This document shows positions 36,625 to 50,264 of a stretch of 64,000 nt of DNA, piece after piece. The notes beneath the pieces are model-generated. The model made no database searches. It had not been told where the DNA came from and saw only the letters and a list, made by a program, of their open reading frames with translations. The stretch is from Mobula hypostoma (Eukaryota), in contig NC_086102.1 in assembly GCF_963921235.1 (NCBI RefSeq), positions 28,458,001 through 28,522,000 on the forward strand, read 5' to 3'. Made by a program: the position numbers and the translations under genes. Every line of letters begins with the position of its first letter. Within the stretch, counting starts at the first letter, position 1.

Positions 36625-39600
36625 AAGATCATTGTTGGGAGCTTAACATCGAAAGAGCAGGCAGATAGGTAGGGGGTTTGGGGCAGCTCTGTTGGTAAAA
36701 AATAAAATGAAGTCGTTAGAAAGAGGTGACATAGGATCAGAAGATGTAGAACCCTTGTGGGTAGAGTTAAGAAACTGCAAGGGAAAAAAGACCCTAATGG
36801 GAGTTATATACACACCTCCAAACAGTAACCAGGATGTGGGCTACAAATTACAATGGGAAGTAGAAAATGCATGTTAAAAGGGCAATATTATGATTGTCAT
36901 GGGGGATTTCAAAATGCAGATAGATTGGAAAATTCAGGCCGGTGCTGATTTTGGATCACAAGAAAGGGAATCTGTAGAATGCCTACAAGATGGCTATCTA
37001 CGGCAACTTGTGGTTGAGCCCACTAGGGGAATGGCAATTCTGGATTGGGTGTAAAGCAATGACCCAGATTTGATTTGCGAGCTAAGGTAAAGAAACCTTA
37101 GGAAGCAGTGATCATAATATGATAAAATTCACCCTGCAGTTTCAGTAGGAGAAGCTAAAGTCAGATGTATCAGTACTACAGTAGAGTAAAGGGAATTACA
37201 GAGGCATAAGAGAGGGGCTGGCTAAAGTTGAATGGAAGGGGACACCAGCAGGGACGACGGCAGAACAGCAATGACTGGTGTTTCTGGGGGAAATTCAGAA
37301 GGCGCAGGAAAGATACATCCCAAAGATGAAGAAGTATTCTATGGAGAATGACACAACTATGGCTGATGAGGGAAGTCAAAGACAGAATAGAAACAGAAGA
37401 GGGGGCATATAATATTGCAAAAAATTAGTGGGAAGGTGGAGGATTGAGAGCTTTTAAAAACCAACTGAAGGCAATTAAACAGCCATAAAAAGAGAAAAGG
37501 AAAGCTAACCAATAATATAAAAAAGTACAAAAGGAATTTTTCAGATATATAATGTTTAAAAGAGAGTCCAGACTGCTGGGAAATGTCTCTGGAGAGGAAA
37601 TAATGGGGGACAAAGAAATGGCGGACAAGCTAAATAAGTATTTCGTATCAGTCTCCACTACAGAAGACACCAGCAGTATATCAGAAATGCAAGAGGTCAG
37701 AGGGCAGAAGTGAGTGTAGTTGCTATTACTAAGGAGAAGGTGCTTGCAAAGCTGTAAGGTCTGAAGGTAGAAAAGTCACCTGGACCAGATGGACTACAAC
37801 CCATGGTTCTAAAAGAGGAAGCAGTAGATTGTGAAGGCATCAGTATTGATCTTCAGGGATCACTAGATTTTGGAATAGTTCAGGAGGGCTGGAAAATTGC
37901 AAATGTCACTCCACTTTTTAAGAAGAGAGGGAAGCAGAATAAAGGAAACTATTGGCCAGTTAGCCTGACTTCAGTAGTTGGGAAGATGTTGAAGTCCACT
38001 ATAAAGGATGAGGTTTTGGGGTACTTGGAGGCACATGATAAAGTAGGTCAAAGTCAGCATGGTTTTCTCAAGGAGTAGACTGGCAGGAGGCAGATTGGGA
38101 ATAAAGGGGACCTATTCTGGTTGCCTGCTAGTCACTTGTGTTGTGCCAAAGGGGTCAGAGTTGGGACCACTTCTTTTCATGTTATATGTTAATGATTTGG
38201 ATGAAGGAATTGATAGCTCTGTGTCCAAGTTTGCGGATGATACAAAGATAGGTAGGGGGCAGAGGGTGTTGAGGAAGCAAGAAGTTTGCAAGAGGACTTA
38301 GATGAATTGGGGGAATGGGCAAAGAGGTGGCAGATGGAATATACGTAGTATAGGGAAGTGTGTGGTCATGCACTTTGGCAGAAGGAATAAAAGCATGGAC
38401 TATTTTCTAAATAGGGAGAAAATTCATTAACCAGAGGTGCAAGGGGACTTGGAAGCCATTGTGCAGAATTCTCTAAAGGTTAACGCAGGTTGAGTCGGTG
38501 GTGAGGAAGGCCAATGCAATGTTGGCATTCATTTTGAGGGGTCTAGAATACAAAAGCAAGGATGTAATGCTGAGGCTTTATATGGCATTGGTCAGATCAC
38601 AATTGGAGTATTGAGCAGTTTTGGACCCCTTATCGAACAAAAGACGTGCTGGCACTGGAGACGGTCCTGAGGAGGTTCATGAGAATGATCCCAGCAGTGA
38701 AAGGGTTAACATATGAGCAGTGTTTAATGGCTCTGGGCCTGTACTCACTGGAGTTTAGAACAATGAGGAGGGAACTCAATGAAACCTGTCAAATATTGAA
38801 AGGCCTAGTTAGAGTGGATCTGGAGAGTAGGTTTCCTATAGTGTGTGTCCAGGACCAGAGGGCACAGCCTCAGAATTGAGGGATGTCCATTTAGAACAGA
38901 GATGAGGAAAAAATTCTTTAGCCAGAGGGTGGTGACTCTTTGGAATTCATTGTCTCAGATGGGTGTGGAGGTGTCATGGTCCGGTCTGAAGTCTGCATTC
39001 CGGTTCATGGTCTGGTCGGCGGACTCCGGACTCCAGGTCTTCCGGCTGTCCCTTGATTCTGTTGGACTTAACCATAAGCACCTGATGCTCATCTTGGGGC
39101 AGGGAATATGAGTGGCCCCGGGATCGAGTGTGGTTGCTGGGTTGTCTTGTCAGTCTCCCCTTAGAGCAACCCACTGGTGGAAGGCTAGTGCAGTCATTCA
39201 GATATGGATTTGGCTGCTCCGTAGCCTACTGAGGTTACCGGCTGCCTTGAGTCTTGGAGTCACCCCGAACCTAGCTCCCTCCCTGTCCCTTACCTCTGTC
39301 GGGTAAGCCAGGCTGTTTGCCGTTATCCTGCGGTTGGGTCTGTCCCTTCCTGTCCGTACCTCTGTGGGGTGGAGTCCCGCATCCTGCCCAGGAGTTGCCT
39401 CGAAGTACCCTTGCGCCGTCATGTCCTCATCTAGCCTCCAAGACCCCGAGCCTCATCATGTCTTCGCCTGGTCTCCAAGAACCCAAGCCTTGTCATGTTT
39501 TTGCCTAGTTCCAGGGTCTGAGCCTGAGTCAAGACCCAGGTTCTGGGTCCTTGTCCAGTCTCTGGCTCAGAGACCATGCCCAGGCTCCTTGTTCCCAGTC

Positions 39601-39860
39601 CCTCATCCTGGTCCTGCTTCCCTAGCCTAGTCTGTGTTCCTGTCCCTACTCCTAGACTGCATCCTGTCCGTCATTTAGTTTTGTCTGTTCCTGTTCCTAG
39701 TACTTCAGTGTCTGTGTCTTGCATTTGGGTCTGTTCCCAGCGCCCCCTGTGACAGGAGGCCAGTTCACCAGGTACATTTAAGGAAGAGGTTGATAGGTTC
39801 TTGATTAGTCAGGGTGTCAAAAGTTATGGAGAAAAGGCAGGAAAATGGAGTTCAGAGGGA
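36625..39860 (+). mobile_element. Degenerate CR1 LINE (endonuclease to 3' end) interrupted by a solo LTR
   Basis: LWVELRN..GVIYTPPN, WKIANVTPLFKK, KFADDTK; the CR1 sequence resumes directly after 39759. Confidence 0.9.
38972..39754. mobile_element. Solo LTR, 783 bp (Gypsy-like)
   Basis: TGTCA...TGACA termini and 5-bp TSD GGAGG (38967-38971 / 39755-39759); GC-rich, with no RT or integrase motifs. Confidence 0.85.
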
Positions 39861-40704
39861 TTGGATAATTTATATCCTATTTCTGAGTTTCAGATTGGAT
39901 GTATGTACATTTGGATAAGAATGTTTCACACATAAATATTCTTATCCTGAATCAAAAAGTGCGAATGACCGAGAACTGGGAAACCCCTTTTTGGTTCTGC
40001 AGAAAGATCAACACAAAATTTCAATTATGTTCCCTTCATAACACTTTCCCGCAGATTTTGTTTGGTTTTCTAAATATGTTATTTAGAGCTATTAGAATAG
40101 AGTAATTAATTATTTTAAAGTTATATCTGTCAATTATTATGGGCAAAATATGATGACTGCAAAGCAGTATATTTCACGACATACGCCAGTGATATTAACC
40201 CTGATTCTGAGGTACTCTTCCCTCTCTCAGTGGCAACATTACACGTGTTGCACAGAGAGCTGCTGTAGTTGAGCATAGCATATACTGTACATCGAGCTCC
40301 ACACATCTGTTACCTATAACATACACTGAACTGACCTAAGCAACCTGGATCTTCAAATCAGTTGTACATTTCATTAAAAAATGCATGTGAGTCTCTAGAC
40401 TTTTATCTGCATATAAGGATCTGTTTTAGATTCCTCCATTTGAAATTCAATATACAGTTATTACAGTCTGAATGTGAAAATAAGCTTATTTGTATCCTTT
40501 TCTCAATGTATGTACGCCTGTTTCATGAATAATTTAGAAAGGGTAGTCCATGGCCAGACAGTGCAAATCACAATGAAAACTCACTGATTTTCATCACCAA
40601 TCCAAAATCTGTAAGTTAAAACTTAATTTTAACATAAAATTGTGCAAATACATTTGCTACTTTCAGAGTAATAGTAAAACTTATTTGATAATTTCTTGTC
40701 CTAC

Positions 40705-40910
40705 CTGTAAAGTGGTTGGTGCTGTGCAGTTTAAATTTTCTTCCACAGTGTTTCTGGAATTTAAACTTGGACACAAAAGGGAACTTGGCACCTTGCGTCC
40801 GTAAAATGCTGACTGTATACTTATTGTTGTATCTCGAGGACAATGCAGCTTTACACGACTGCCATCACAAGCTTGCTCTGTGTGACTACGTAAAACCTTA
40901 GATAAGTAAT
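40705..40910 (-). CDS. EVA1C: EVA1C internal coding exon (first found; N-terminal part of SUEL lectin domain 1)
   Basis: Acceptor ttttccccccatag|AT, donor CAG|gtagga; 206 nt, phase 1->0. Translates xYLSKVLRSHTEQACDGSRVKLHCPRDTTISIQSAFYGRKVPSSLLCPSLNSRNTVEENLNCTAPTTLQ, matching the recalled EVA1C pattern ACDG..L.CPR..TIS.QSAFYG. Absent from the ORF track in this frame. Confidence 0.95.
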
Positions 40911-42089
40911 CTATGGGGGGAAAAGAGGATTGTTGAATACTTTTTTAAAAACACTTTAGATCAAGTTTAAAAAGTCTAAACCTCTGTAATGCAACAATTG
41001 CAACAACATTTGATGGGCAATATATTTGTAGTGCGATCACTCAGAACAAGTATGATGGGGTTGTCTATTGGTGGATCCTCAGATGGATGTAGAGAACAAT
41101 CCAGGATACACATACTCTGATACAGCGTGGGTAACAGTAAGTCATGACAGTGGTTAGTGGTTGGGTCTTTTGGTTGTTCAGTCTCTCCTTTTGCAGCTGC
41201 TACTCATTGTTCTCTGTGGCACAGCGGAAGTCGTTCTCATGTGGAACAGCTCCGTCTTGAACAGATTTCCTTCAGGTTTGTCTATTAACTTCAATGTCTT
41301 CCCTGTTTTTAGATGTAATGGTGAATTTCTTGAAGATGATTTTGATGTTATTTTTGAAGTGTTTCCTTTGATGTACAATATAATAGGAAGGCAATTAGTT
41401 CATTTTTGTGGCATATACTGTAGCGTTATGAAAACTCGGTCAGCAATAATTTGCTTTCCTACCACTTCCTGTTAATCAGTCAGACACTGGGATGCCCATT
41501 TACAATTCAATTTTCTTTCATTTCATTGTCATTCAGGGGCTATCTTTATGACCATAAAATCAATCTTAGATTTAACCCAGATAATCTTTGATTACTAGAA
41601 ATCCTTACCATCACTAAAAGGTGAACTCAAATGCCTTCAGCTGGTATTCAAGCCTGAAAGTAGACAGCAACTTACCCAACGTCCATCTATCTACAAAACA
41701 CTTTTACTGCACCATGACAGAAAGCAATATAGTGTATGTGTTATTTATCTGGTCATGTCATATCAATATTTAATCAATGCTCTCAATAAGTGCAGAAGAA
41801 ATGGAAACAGCAAGATGCCATTCTGCAGCTCACAGTCTCTTCATCTTTCAGTAATATTATGGCATCTTAGTGCCACTTTCTTGCACTAAACCCTTGATGT
41901 CCTTAGTATTTGAAATGTTGCTAATCTTTGCCTTGAATATCCTCAACAGCTGATCCTCCACAGTCACCTTGGGTAGAGAATTTAGAAAATTCGCCATCAT
42001 GCTGAGGAGAATTCTCATCTTTGCTCTGAAAGGATGTCTCTTAATTTTGAACTCTATTGCTCTGGTTCCCACCTTGCTGCAACTGTAGT

Positions 42090-44120
42090 TTAAACCCTTG
42101 CCCATGCAGCAACAGCAAACCTTCTCACAAGGATATTAATCCCCTCCAGTTCAGTGCAAACCGCCTCATCTGTACAGGTCTCACCCTCCTGGAAGAGGGC
42201 CCAATGATCAAAAAATCTGAAGCTCTCCCTCCTTATCATGTGTTAAACTATATTATCTTCCTAGTTCTGGGCTCTCTGGCACATGGCAGGGGTAGCAATC
42301 CTGAGATCACAACTCTGGAAGTCCTGTCCTTTAACTTTGCACCTAACTCCCCTAACTCACTTTGCAGGACTTCATCACCCTTCCCTCCCATGTCATTGGT
42401 ACTGACATGCACCACAGCCTCTGGCTGCTCACCCTCCCATTTAAGAGTGCTGCGAACTCAGTCTGAAATGTTTCTGATCCTGGCACTTGGGAGGCAACAT
42501 ATCATCCGGGAATCTCATTCTTATCCACAGAACCTCCTGTCTGTTCCCCTGTCCATTGAATTCCCTGTCATCCCTACAGTTCTGATCAAAAAATTTTGTA
42601 CCTCTTTCTGCAACTGAACCGGAAGAACAAAGTCTGCACAGATTGAAAATAACATCGTGCTGATAATCAACACTGGTACAGCACAAGGATGTGTGCTTAA
42701 CCCACTGCTGTAGTCTCTCTACACCCATGAATTGGCACAGCTCTAGTGCCATTTATAAATTTGCTGATGACACAACTATTGTTGGCAGAATTTCCGATGC
42801 TGACGAGAAGGCGTACACGAAGCAGGTGGATCAGTTAGTTGAGTGGCATTGCAGCAGCAACCTTGCAGTCCACATCAGAAAGGCCAAAGAATTGATTGTG
42901 GACTTCAGAAGGGGTGAGATGATGTAACACACGAGAATCATCATCGAGGGATAAGCAGTGGAAACGTTGAGCAATTTTAAATTCCAGAGTGTCAACACCT
43001 CTGCGGATCTAACCTGGACCCAACACATCGATACAGTACTAAGAAGGCACGGCAGCGACTGTATTTTATTGGGAGTTTGAGGAGACGCTCACAAATTTCT
43101 ACAGATGTTCCATGGACAGAATTACAACCAGTTGCGTCACCTTCTGGTATGCAGGGTGGCTACTGCACAGGATCGAAAAAAGCTGCAAGAAGTTGTAATC
43201 TCAGTCTGCTCTATCATGGGCAGTAGCTTCCCCCAGCATCCAGGATATCTTCAAGGAGGCAATGCCTCAAAAAGGCAGCATCAATCATTAAGCGCCCCAA
43301 TCCCTAGAACATGCTCTCTTCTCATTGCTACCATTAGAGAGGAGGTACAGGAGCCTGAAGGCATACATTTTTCAGGAATAGCTCCTTCCCCTCTGACATC
43401 ATTTTTTTGAATGAGCATTGAACCCATGAATAGGACCTCACTACCTTTTTTTCTCTTTTTGCACCATTTATTTAGCTCTATATATATTTATTGTAATTTA
43501 TAGCTTTTATTATTATGTATTGCAATGGTACTGCTGCCGTATAACAACAAATTTTACCACATATGTCAGTGATATTAAACCTGATTATAATTCTGATCAC
43601 TAAGGCTCATCTCTTCTCCCCTTTCCTTCTGAACCAGAGAGCCAGGCTCAGTGCCCGAGACCCGGTCACAGTGGTTTTCCTCTGCTAGGTCATCGCCACA
43701 CACCCCACCCCCAACGGTATCCAAAGTGGTATACCTGTTACTGCGAGGAACAGCACAGCAAAACACTGAACTGAATGCCTATCCTCTCCACTCCCCCGCG
43801 CGCCCCCCCCCCCACCAGTGGTCACCCAATTACCTGTGTCCAGCCCCTAGGCCTGAGTTGACGTCGTAGTAGTGCACCTAAGTGCAACTACCTCCCTGTG
43901 TGCACTGTCGATCAACTCCTCAGCCTCCTGCATAAGCCTGTGTTCGTCTAGCTCCACCTCCAATTTCTTAACATGGTCTGTGAGAAACTGCAGTCGTCTG
44001 CACTTCTTGCAGGAGCAGTCATCCGGGACACTAGAGGTCACCCTGCCTTCTCACATCCCACATGATGAGCATCATTCCACTATGCTGCCTGGCATCCCCA
44101 CTGCTCTGACTGTGCAATGA
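42090..44120 (-). mobile_element. CR1 ORF1 remnant (zinc finger/leucine zipper at ~43850-44080, esterase-like part at ~42090-42580)
   Basis: VPDDCSCKKCRRLQFLTDHVKKLEVELDEHRLMQEAEELID. The 42100-42310 segment resembles the ORF1 part of the young CR1 at 60750-60965. Confidence 0.75.
42660..43595 (+). mobile_element. Rex1/Babar LINE 3' half splitting a CR1 ORF1 remnant
   Basis: IYKFADDTTIVGRIS..KAKELIVDFR; 3' tail CAGTGATATTAAACCTGATT. Confidence 0.85.
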
Positions 44121-44749
44121 AAAAGAAAAATTAAATGAAAAAAAAACCTACCTACAGCCTTTGCCCCTTCCCGCCGATTGTCAGAAGTTTATGGTCATAT
44201 GCTCAAGTACATGCACGCACAGGTGCAATGAAAATCTTACTCGCAGCAGCATCACAGGCACAGAGCATCATATAAGCAGCATTCACAAGAAAAAAATATA
44301 TACACAGCTTTTAGCAAGAAAGAATACGATCAGAACAAAAAAACACTACAGCTAGCATATAATTCCTTCCTCTCACTTTTAAAGATATCCAATAAATAAG
44401 ATCACCAAGGCTGTAGAGGAATGATATCAATTATCTTTTTTTATTTTATTGCTATCCCTATAACTTTATATTTGAATGATTTCTACACTTTCTCCATTAT
44501 CTATATGAAATGAATCATTTTACATTGTCGAGGCAGTTTTTGCTGCTATTTTTAAAAAATAAGAGTATCATCTGTTTTCCCTCAGCCTCTAGGCTCCTCT
44601 CCAACATTCAGTGATTTTTGGAAAATCCATGTTCTGCAACTTCCTCTCTTTGTTCTCCAAGGATTTTCAGATGCATTTTACCTCCTTTTTGAAATGTATC
44701 TATCTTGTAGCTGTTTGGCAATCATGCTGGTAGCAACATGAACAGTCTA

Positions 44750-44965
44750 ATGACAAACAAGAGAAAATCTGCAGATGCTGGAAATCCAAGCAACACACAC
44801 AAAGTGCTGGAGGAACTCAGCAGGCCAGGCAGCATCTGAGGAAAAGAGTACAGACGACGTTTTGGACTGAAACCCTTCATCAGGTCTCAGCCCCAAAACG
44901 TCGACTGTACACTTTCCCATAGGTGCTGCCTGGCCTGCTGAGTTCCTTCAGAATCTAGTGTGTGT
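44750..44965. mobile_element. Fold-back PLE-end insertion
   Basis: Inverted arms joined at CTTCATCAGG/GGTCTCAG inside the hammerhead; decayed TSD AACATGAACAGTCT / AATATGAATAATCT. Confidence 0.82.
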
Positions 44966-45147
44966 AATATGAATAATCTTCCAGTTTCTGTCTGCATCAT
45001 CTCTGAGGTGTTGTTCCAATGAAAAGTGATACAATTGTTTTGTAGTTGCGATATGCTCACCTAATCACACTTTTAGTAAGCTTTAACCATCCCTTAGTTT
45101 CTCCCCCTTCTTGGTATATCGAAAAATGTTATTCTTCATTTCCCTTG

Positions 45148-46012
45148 TGTTACGAGAATACACATAAAATTAAGATGTTTGCTGGCCTGGGCTAGCATCA
45201 GTGGCATCAGCAGTTGGTCTGCCACCTGCCCTCAGGGGAAGGAGAGATAAGGAACAATGGAGCAGCGTCTGGAGATGTGTAATGAAGGGATGTGGGAGGA
45301 AGAGCTGTCTGGAGCGACTCCCCCCTTTGAACCCTGAACTGTTTGAAGTGATGGACAGGCGATACCCCAGCAGGGGGATAAAAAGGGACAGGTTCGCTAA
45401 GACAGACACACACGCCACCCGAGGTAACGAGACCCTGGAAGCGGTGCGCTTCTCACGAGTGGGTGAGAAGTCCCAGACAACGACAAGGGTGGAAAGGTAC
45501 GATCAGCGGGAACCCGGTGTGTGTCCGCCCTTGCCTGGGTGCCGGGTTCACTGCAGAGGATCGACCGCATCTGGAGGAGGGGTCACAGTCGGTGACCTCA
45601 GGTGACATCACCAAGGACCCGCCCAAAAAAAAAGCTGTTTGTGAGCCATCTCGCTGGTCTGTGAGTGAAGCCGTTCTGAATGATGAGTTGTTCCTATTCT
45701 ATCTCTCTCTTCCCCCACATTGTCCACCGCCATGGCAACGATTACTGCGAACTGAACCACTAAACTGGACTGAACTTTGAGTCATTTTGAAATTGGTCAT
45801 TTACCCCTAGACAACGATAGAGCTTGATTGATGCTGTTATCTTAATTCTGTGCACATGTGTGTTTATCATCACTGAACTGTTGCATTTATTATCCTTTCG
45901 ATTACTGTGTTGCTTGTTTCCTTAATAAAACTTTCTTAGTTCTAGTACTCCAGACTCCAACTGAGTGATCCATTTCTGCTGGTTTGGCAACCCAGTTACG
46001 GGGTACGTAACA
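45148..46012 (+). mobile_element. Solo LTR, 865 bp (Gypsy-like), young
   Basis: TGTTACG...CGTAACA termini and 4-bp TSD CTTG; internal GATAAAA (~45377) and AATAAA (~45924); CpG-rich. Confidence 0.9.
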
Positions 46013-48349
46013 CTTGTTAAATGCAAAATGGCACAATTGACATTCATTTTCCGGAGCTTCGAGGACTTTCTGCTGAAGTTGGTGTGGAATTCCAGAGTAA
46101 TGTTTATGTGACCTTTCTGGACTCGGCACAAGACTTTCATCAAACTTACTGCAGAAAAATTGCAAATTTGGTGGAAAAACTCTACAAATCTCTCATGGGA
46201 CAATATACATAAGATATTCTCAAACCAGTAATTTTCTCCTGGCAGTCCTTGTTTGAGCAGATTAAAGATTAGCTATACTTGTCACACGTACATCGAAACA
46301 AAGTGAAATGATCGTTGTTTGCATCAAATCAGCAAGAACTGTGCTGGTCAGCCCACAAGTGTCACCATTTTTCCGGCATCTGCATAACATGCCCACAACT
46401 CATTAACCCATATTGTACATTTTTGGAGTGTGGGGAAAATTGGAGCACCCAGAGAAAACTCACATGCTCACAAAGAGAACGGACAAACTCAGATTCAGAT
46501 TTATTTATCACAAGTACAGTGAAATGTGTCATTTGTGTTAACAGGCAACACAACCCAAGGATGCACTGGGGGCAGCCTGCAAGTGTTGCCACACATTCAG
46601 GTGCTAACATAGCATGTACACAATGCTTGGCAGAACAACACAGGACATAACAAAATGGAGCATACCAAGCAATAAAACAACAGCAATACAAGCCCTGTTC
46701 CTCAGTCCCTCTCACCCATGCACATACTCAGTCCTCTAACACAAGACAGGTCATCTTCGGCCTTCAGCAGACTTGTGGATTTGCAAACACTGGGCACTAA
46801 CTTCCCCAGCAGACTCACAAAGATTCACAAACTTGGACTCTGGCCATCGGACCTTGACTTCTGGACTTCCAGTCGGTATTTGGGCTTTGATCCTAACCTC
46901 CAATCAGTCTTCAGTTTTCAATCTTCATTGTCAGCCCAGGACTCCCAGATAATGACAAGTGAGGACCTGGATAAAGGTCCGAATGCCAGGCCTCAAATGG
47001 CAAACTTGCCAATGATGGGACCCCAAAAACCAGGCCTCAAGCTCTGGTCTCGCTGATAATGGGTCCCAGAATATCCTTCCCAGTCCGCCAGCCCAACATC
47101 TAACCAAACCCACGCAACTGGCTCCAAACGCAGAATGGGGCTTATCCTCCAATTTCCCCACATCCCTGTCTATAAACCCTAACCTAACCACTAGCTCCCC
47201 TCTATGTCCCCAAAACCATCCAAAGGAACGTAACAAAAAACCAAAGAAACATAACTAATCTGAGCCGCGGCAGGAATTGAACGGCAATCTTATAGCTGAT
47301 GCTGAAAAGCATTGTGACATCTTACGTTACACTGGGTGCATTTAAGGCAGAGGTTGGTAGGTTATTATCAACTCTTAGTCAGGGCGTGAAAGTTTATGTG
47401 AAGAAGGCAGGAGAATGGCATTGAGATGGAAATGGACCAGCCATGATGAAATAGTGGAGCAGACTCGATGGGCCAAATAGCCAAATTCTGCTCCTATATC
47501 TTATGGTCTTATTTGAAAGAAGCAAAAGGAAAATGAAAAAATAGTAAATAATAATTCCTCAATTATGATGGCAATCATTTAAGTTCAAATGAATCCCTCT
47601 ATGAAGCCCAAAATGCAACTGCTGATAGTTCTCTACAAGATGAAAAGTTTATATGCTGGTTAATAGATGTATTTACTAGCTCAATATAGAATACTCTCAT
47701 CATGCATTAGGAATCTGTGGTATTTCATTTCAGATAACAGTCTGTTGCTTTTTCCACTACGGTATCCCTTTCAAAAATATGTTCCATTGCTCTACTACGC
47801 TGCTCTTTCATGATTATTTATCTCCACACAAAAATAATATACTGATAAAACCAGAACACAATGAAGACCTAACATTTGTAGTTCCACAAAGTTAAGCAAT
47901 CTATGGTTGATGATAATCATGAGTATTGCACAGGTTCAAACAAACAATTCTGTTCTGTCTGTTCCGACTGGTAGTACATATTTGCTGAAGCATAAATGAT
48001 ATCACAATAGATTATGATCAAAGGAAGTTAATGTCGGAGGAATCTGAAGAAGCATCTGTTTGCTGTTCTATATGATGTGCATGTAGTGTGGAATAACAAG
48101 GCAAATGACAAAATGCATATTGAGTAAAATAAGGGGAACACATCTGAGATGGTTGATAAGGAAAAAGATTGCAACTTCAACATCATCTGTAAGATAAAAT
48201 CAGTATCTCAGATGCACTCACCTTAAAAGTACAAACAAATTTTTGCTTCTAAAAGGTGTTCTGCAACTGGTAACAGCAAAAGGGATGAAAAGAATGGAAG
48301 GCAATATTTAGTCAATGGTTTTGATATAAACAGAACAGTAAAAGCTCAG

Positions 48350-48575
48350 GCAACACACATCAAAGTTGCTGGTGAACGCAGCAGGCCAGGCGGCATCTCT
48401 AGGAAGAGGTACAGTTGACGTTTCAGACCGAGACCCTTTGTCAGGATGAAGGGTCTCGGCCTGAAACGTCGACCGTACCTCTTCCTAGAGATGCTGCCTG
48501 GCCTGCTGCGTTCACCAGCAACTTTGTTGTGTGTTGCTTGAATTTCCAGCATCTGCAGAATTCCTCGTGTTTGCG
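48350..48575. mobile_element. Fold-back (inverted) PLE-end insertion, 226 bp
   Basis: Two inverted copies of the PLE end joined inside the hammerhead; 13-bp TSD AGTAAAAGCTCAG (48337-48349 / 48576-48588). Confidence 0.9.
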
Positions 48576-49041
48576 AGTAAAAGCTCAGCTGTGCTTTCTT
48601 TCATTATGTATACCTTTTCAGGTCTGGGGTCCTGGTGTATTGTACTACTCCTATACAAGAAGAAGTCACTTAGCAAGCAGCTTGGAAGTGTATAAGAATA
48701 AAGAAAAAGAACACAAGCAGAACATTATGGACTAACACTAGGAAGGAAATTTTGCTTAATAACAGTTTTTAAAAAATATCTTATTAATTTGTTGGCAAAG
48801 CCAGAATTTATTAGCCATCGTAAATACCCTTGGCTTGATTGTCATTCTGGTGGACGCACTCCTTTTAAGCTGCCTAATATTGTTGGATAGGAGAGGTGTA
48901 TAATTAAAGCTATTGACAATGAAGAATGCTGTTACGTTTCTATGCAGCTTAGAAGAGAAATCATGATTGCTGTGATATCATTCTTGGTGGTAGAGGTCTA
49001 GGATATTAGAGATACTATTAGAGTAGCCTAGACAAATTACT

Positions 49042-49714
49042 AAGACAAAATAACCTGCAGATGCTGGGGTCAAAGCAACACTCACAACACACTGGAGGAA
49101 CTCAGCAGGTCGGGCAGCATCCGTGGAAATTATCAGTCAACATTTCAGGCCAGAACCCTTCGTCAGGACTGACGAGGGAAGGGCCAGAGGCCCTATAAAG
49201 AAGGTGGGGGGAGGGTGGGAAGGAGAAGGCTGGAAGGTTCCAGGTGGAAAACTAGTAAGGGGTAGGGGAGGTGATAGGCAGGAAAGGTGAAGAAGGAATA
49301 GGGGAAAGCACAATGGGTAGTAGAAACTGGGATGGAGGACGGGAGGGGGAGGGTCTTGAATTCTCCAACTTCCGGTAATTCCCTCCCCCTCCCGTCCCCC
49401 ATCCCAGTTTCACTCCCTCAGCTGCCTATCACCTCCCTCATGGTTCTGCCTCCTTCTACTACCCATTGCGCTTTCCCCTATTCCTTCTTCATCTTTCCTG
49501 CCTTTCACCTCCCCCACACCTTTATCTTTTCCCTTACTGGTTTTTCACCTGGAACCTACCAACCTTCTCCTTCCCACCCTCCCCCCACCTTCTTTATAGG
49601 GCCTCTGCCCCTTCCCTCTCCAGTCCTGACAAAGTGTACCGGCCCAAAACGTTGATCGTTTCCACGGATGCTGCCCGACCTGCTGAGTTCCTCCAGTGTG
49701 TTATGAGTGTTGCT
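49042..49714. mobile_element. Fold-back PLE-end insertion, 673 bp, different subfamily
   Basis: Inverted arms of ~280 bp, each with a decayed hammerhead; 13-bp TSD TAGACAAATTACT (49029-49041 / 49715-49727). Confidence 0.9.
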
Positions 49715-50226
49715 TAGACAAATTACTGCAGTGTATATGTTTTATAGTACAAAATGCACTCATATTGTGCTAATGATGAAGGATTCACATGTTTAGGGTG
49801 GTGGATAATGTAGGGATTCCTGTCCTGGATAGCATTGAGCTTTTTTAATATTGTTGCTGGAACTACAGTCATGCATGCAAGAGTGGAGTGTTCCACTTCT
49901 GATCTGTATCTGTTAGACTGCTGAAAGAATTTACTGTGTTAAGAGGTGAGTTAACTAGTCTACTCTATAGCTCCTATATTTATGTGGCTAGCCCAACTGA
50001 GATTTTGATCGACAGTGACTTCAAAATCTCCTTGAATGCCTATGGAAGGCAATGAGAAATGTCCTTGTTGGAAATACTTACATTATTTGATCTGTCCATT
50101 TGAAATAACTAATTTGTTTATGGTATGGCTTACGGTTTATCAACAAAATAACAGATCATATTGTGCAACACACATCAAAGTTGCTGGTGAACGCAGCAGG
50201 CCAGGCAGCATCTGTAGGAAGAGGTA

Positions 50227-50264
50227 CAGTCGACGTTTCAGGCCGAGACCCTTCGTCAGGACTA
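50227..50264 (-). ncRNA. Minimal type I hammerhead ribozyme motif
   Basis: Minus strand reads UAGUC-CUGACGA-AGG(GUCUCGG)CCU-GAAAC-GUC-GACUG. Stem I is AGUC/GACU, the CUGANGA and GAAA boxes are intact, stem II is AGG/CCU, stem III is the palindromic ACGU, and the cleavage triplet is GUC. Confidence 0.85.

Noticed and set aside
45170-46212. Cluster of overlapping ORFs up to 134 aa
   Set aside because: Mostly a product of the GC-rich solo LTR; no gag, pol or env motifs.
48218-48300. Candidate EVA1C exon 1 (hydrophobic stretch before AAG|GTGAGT)
   Set aside because: The required phase-1 frame has TAA immediately before the donor.
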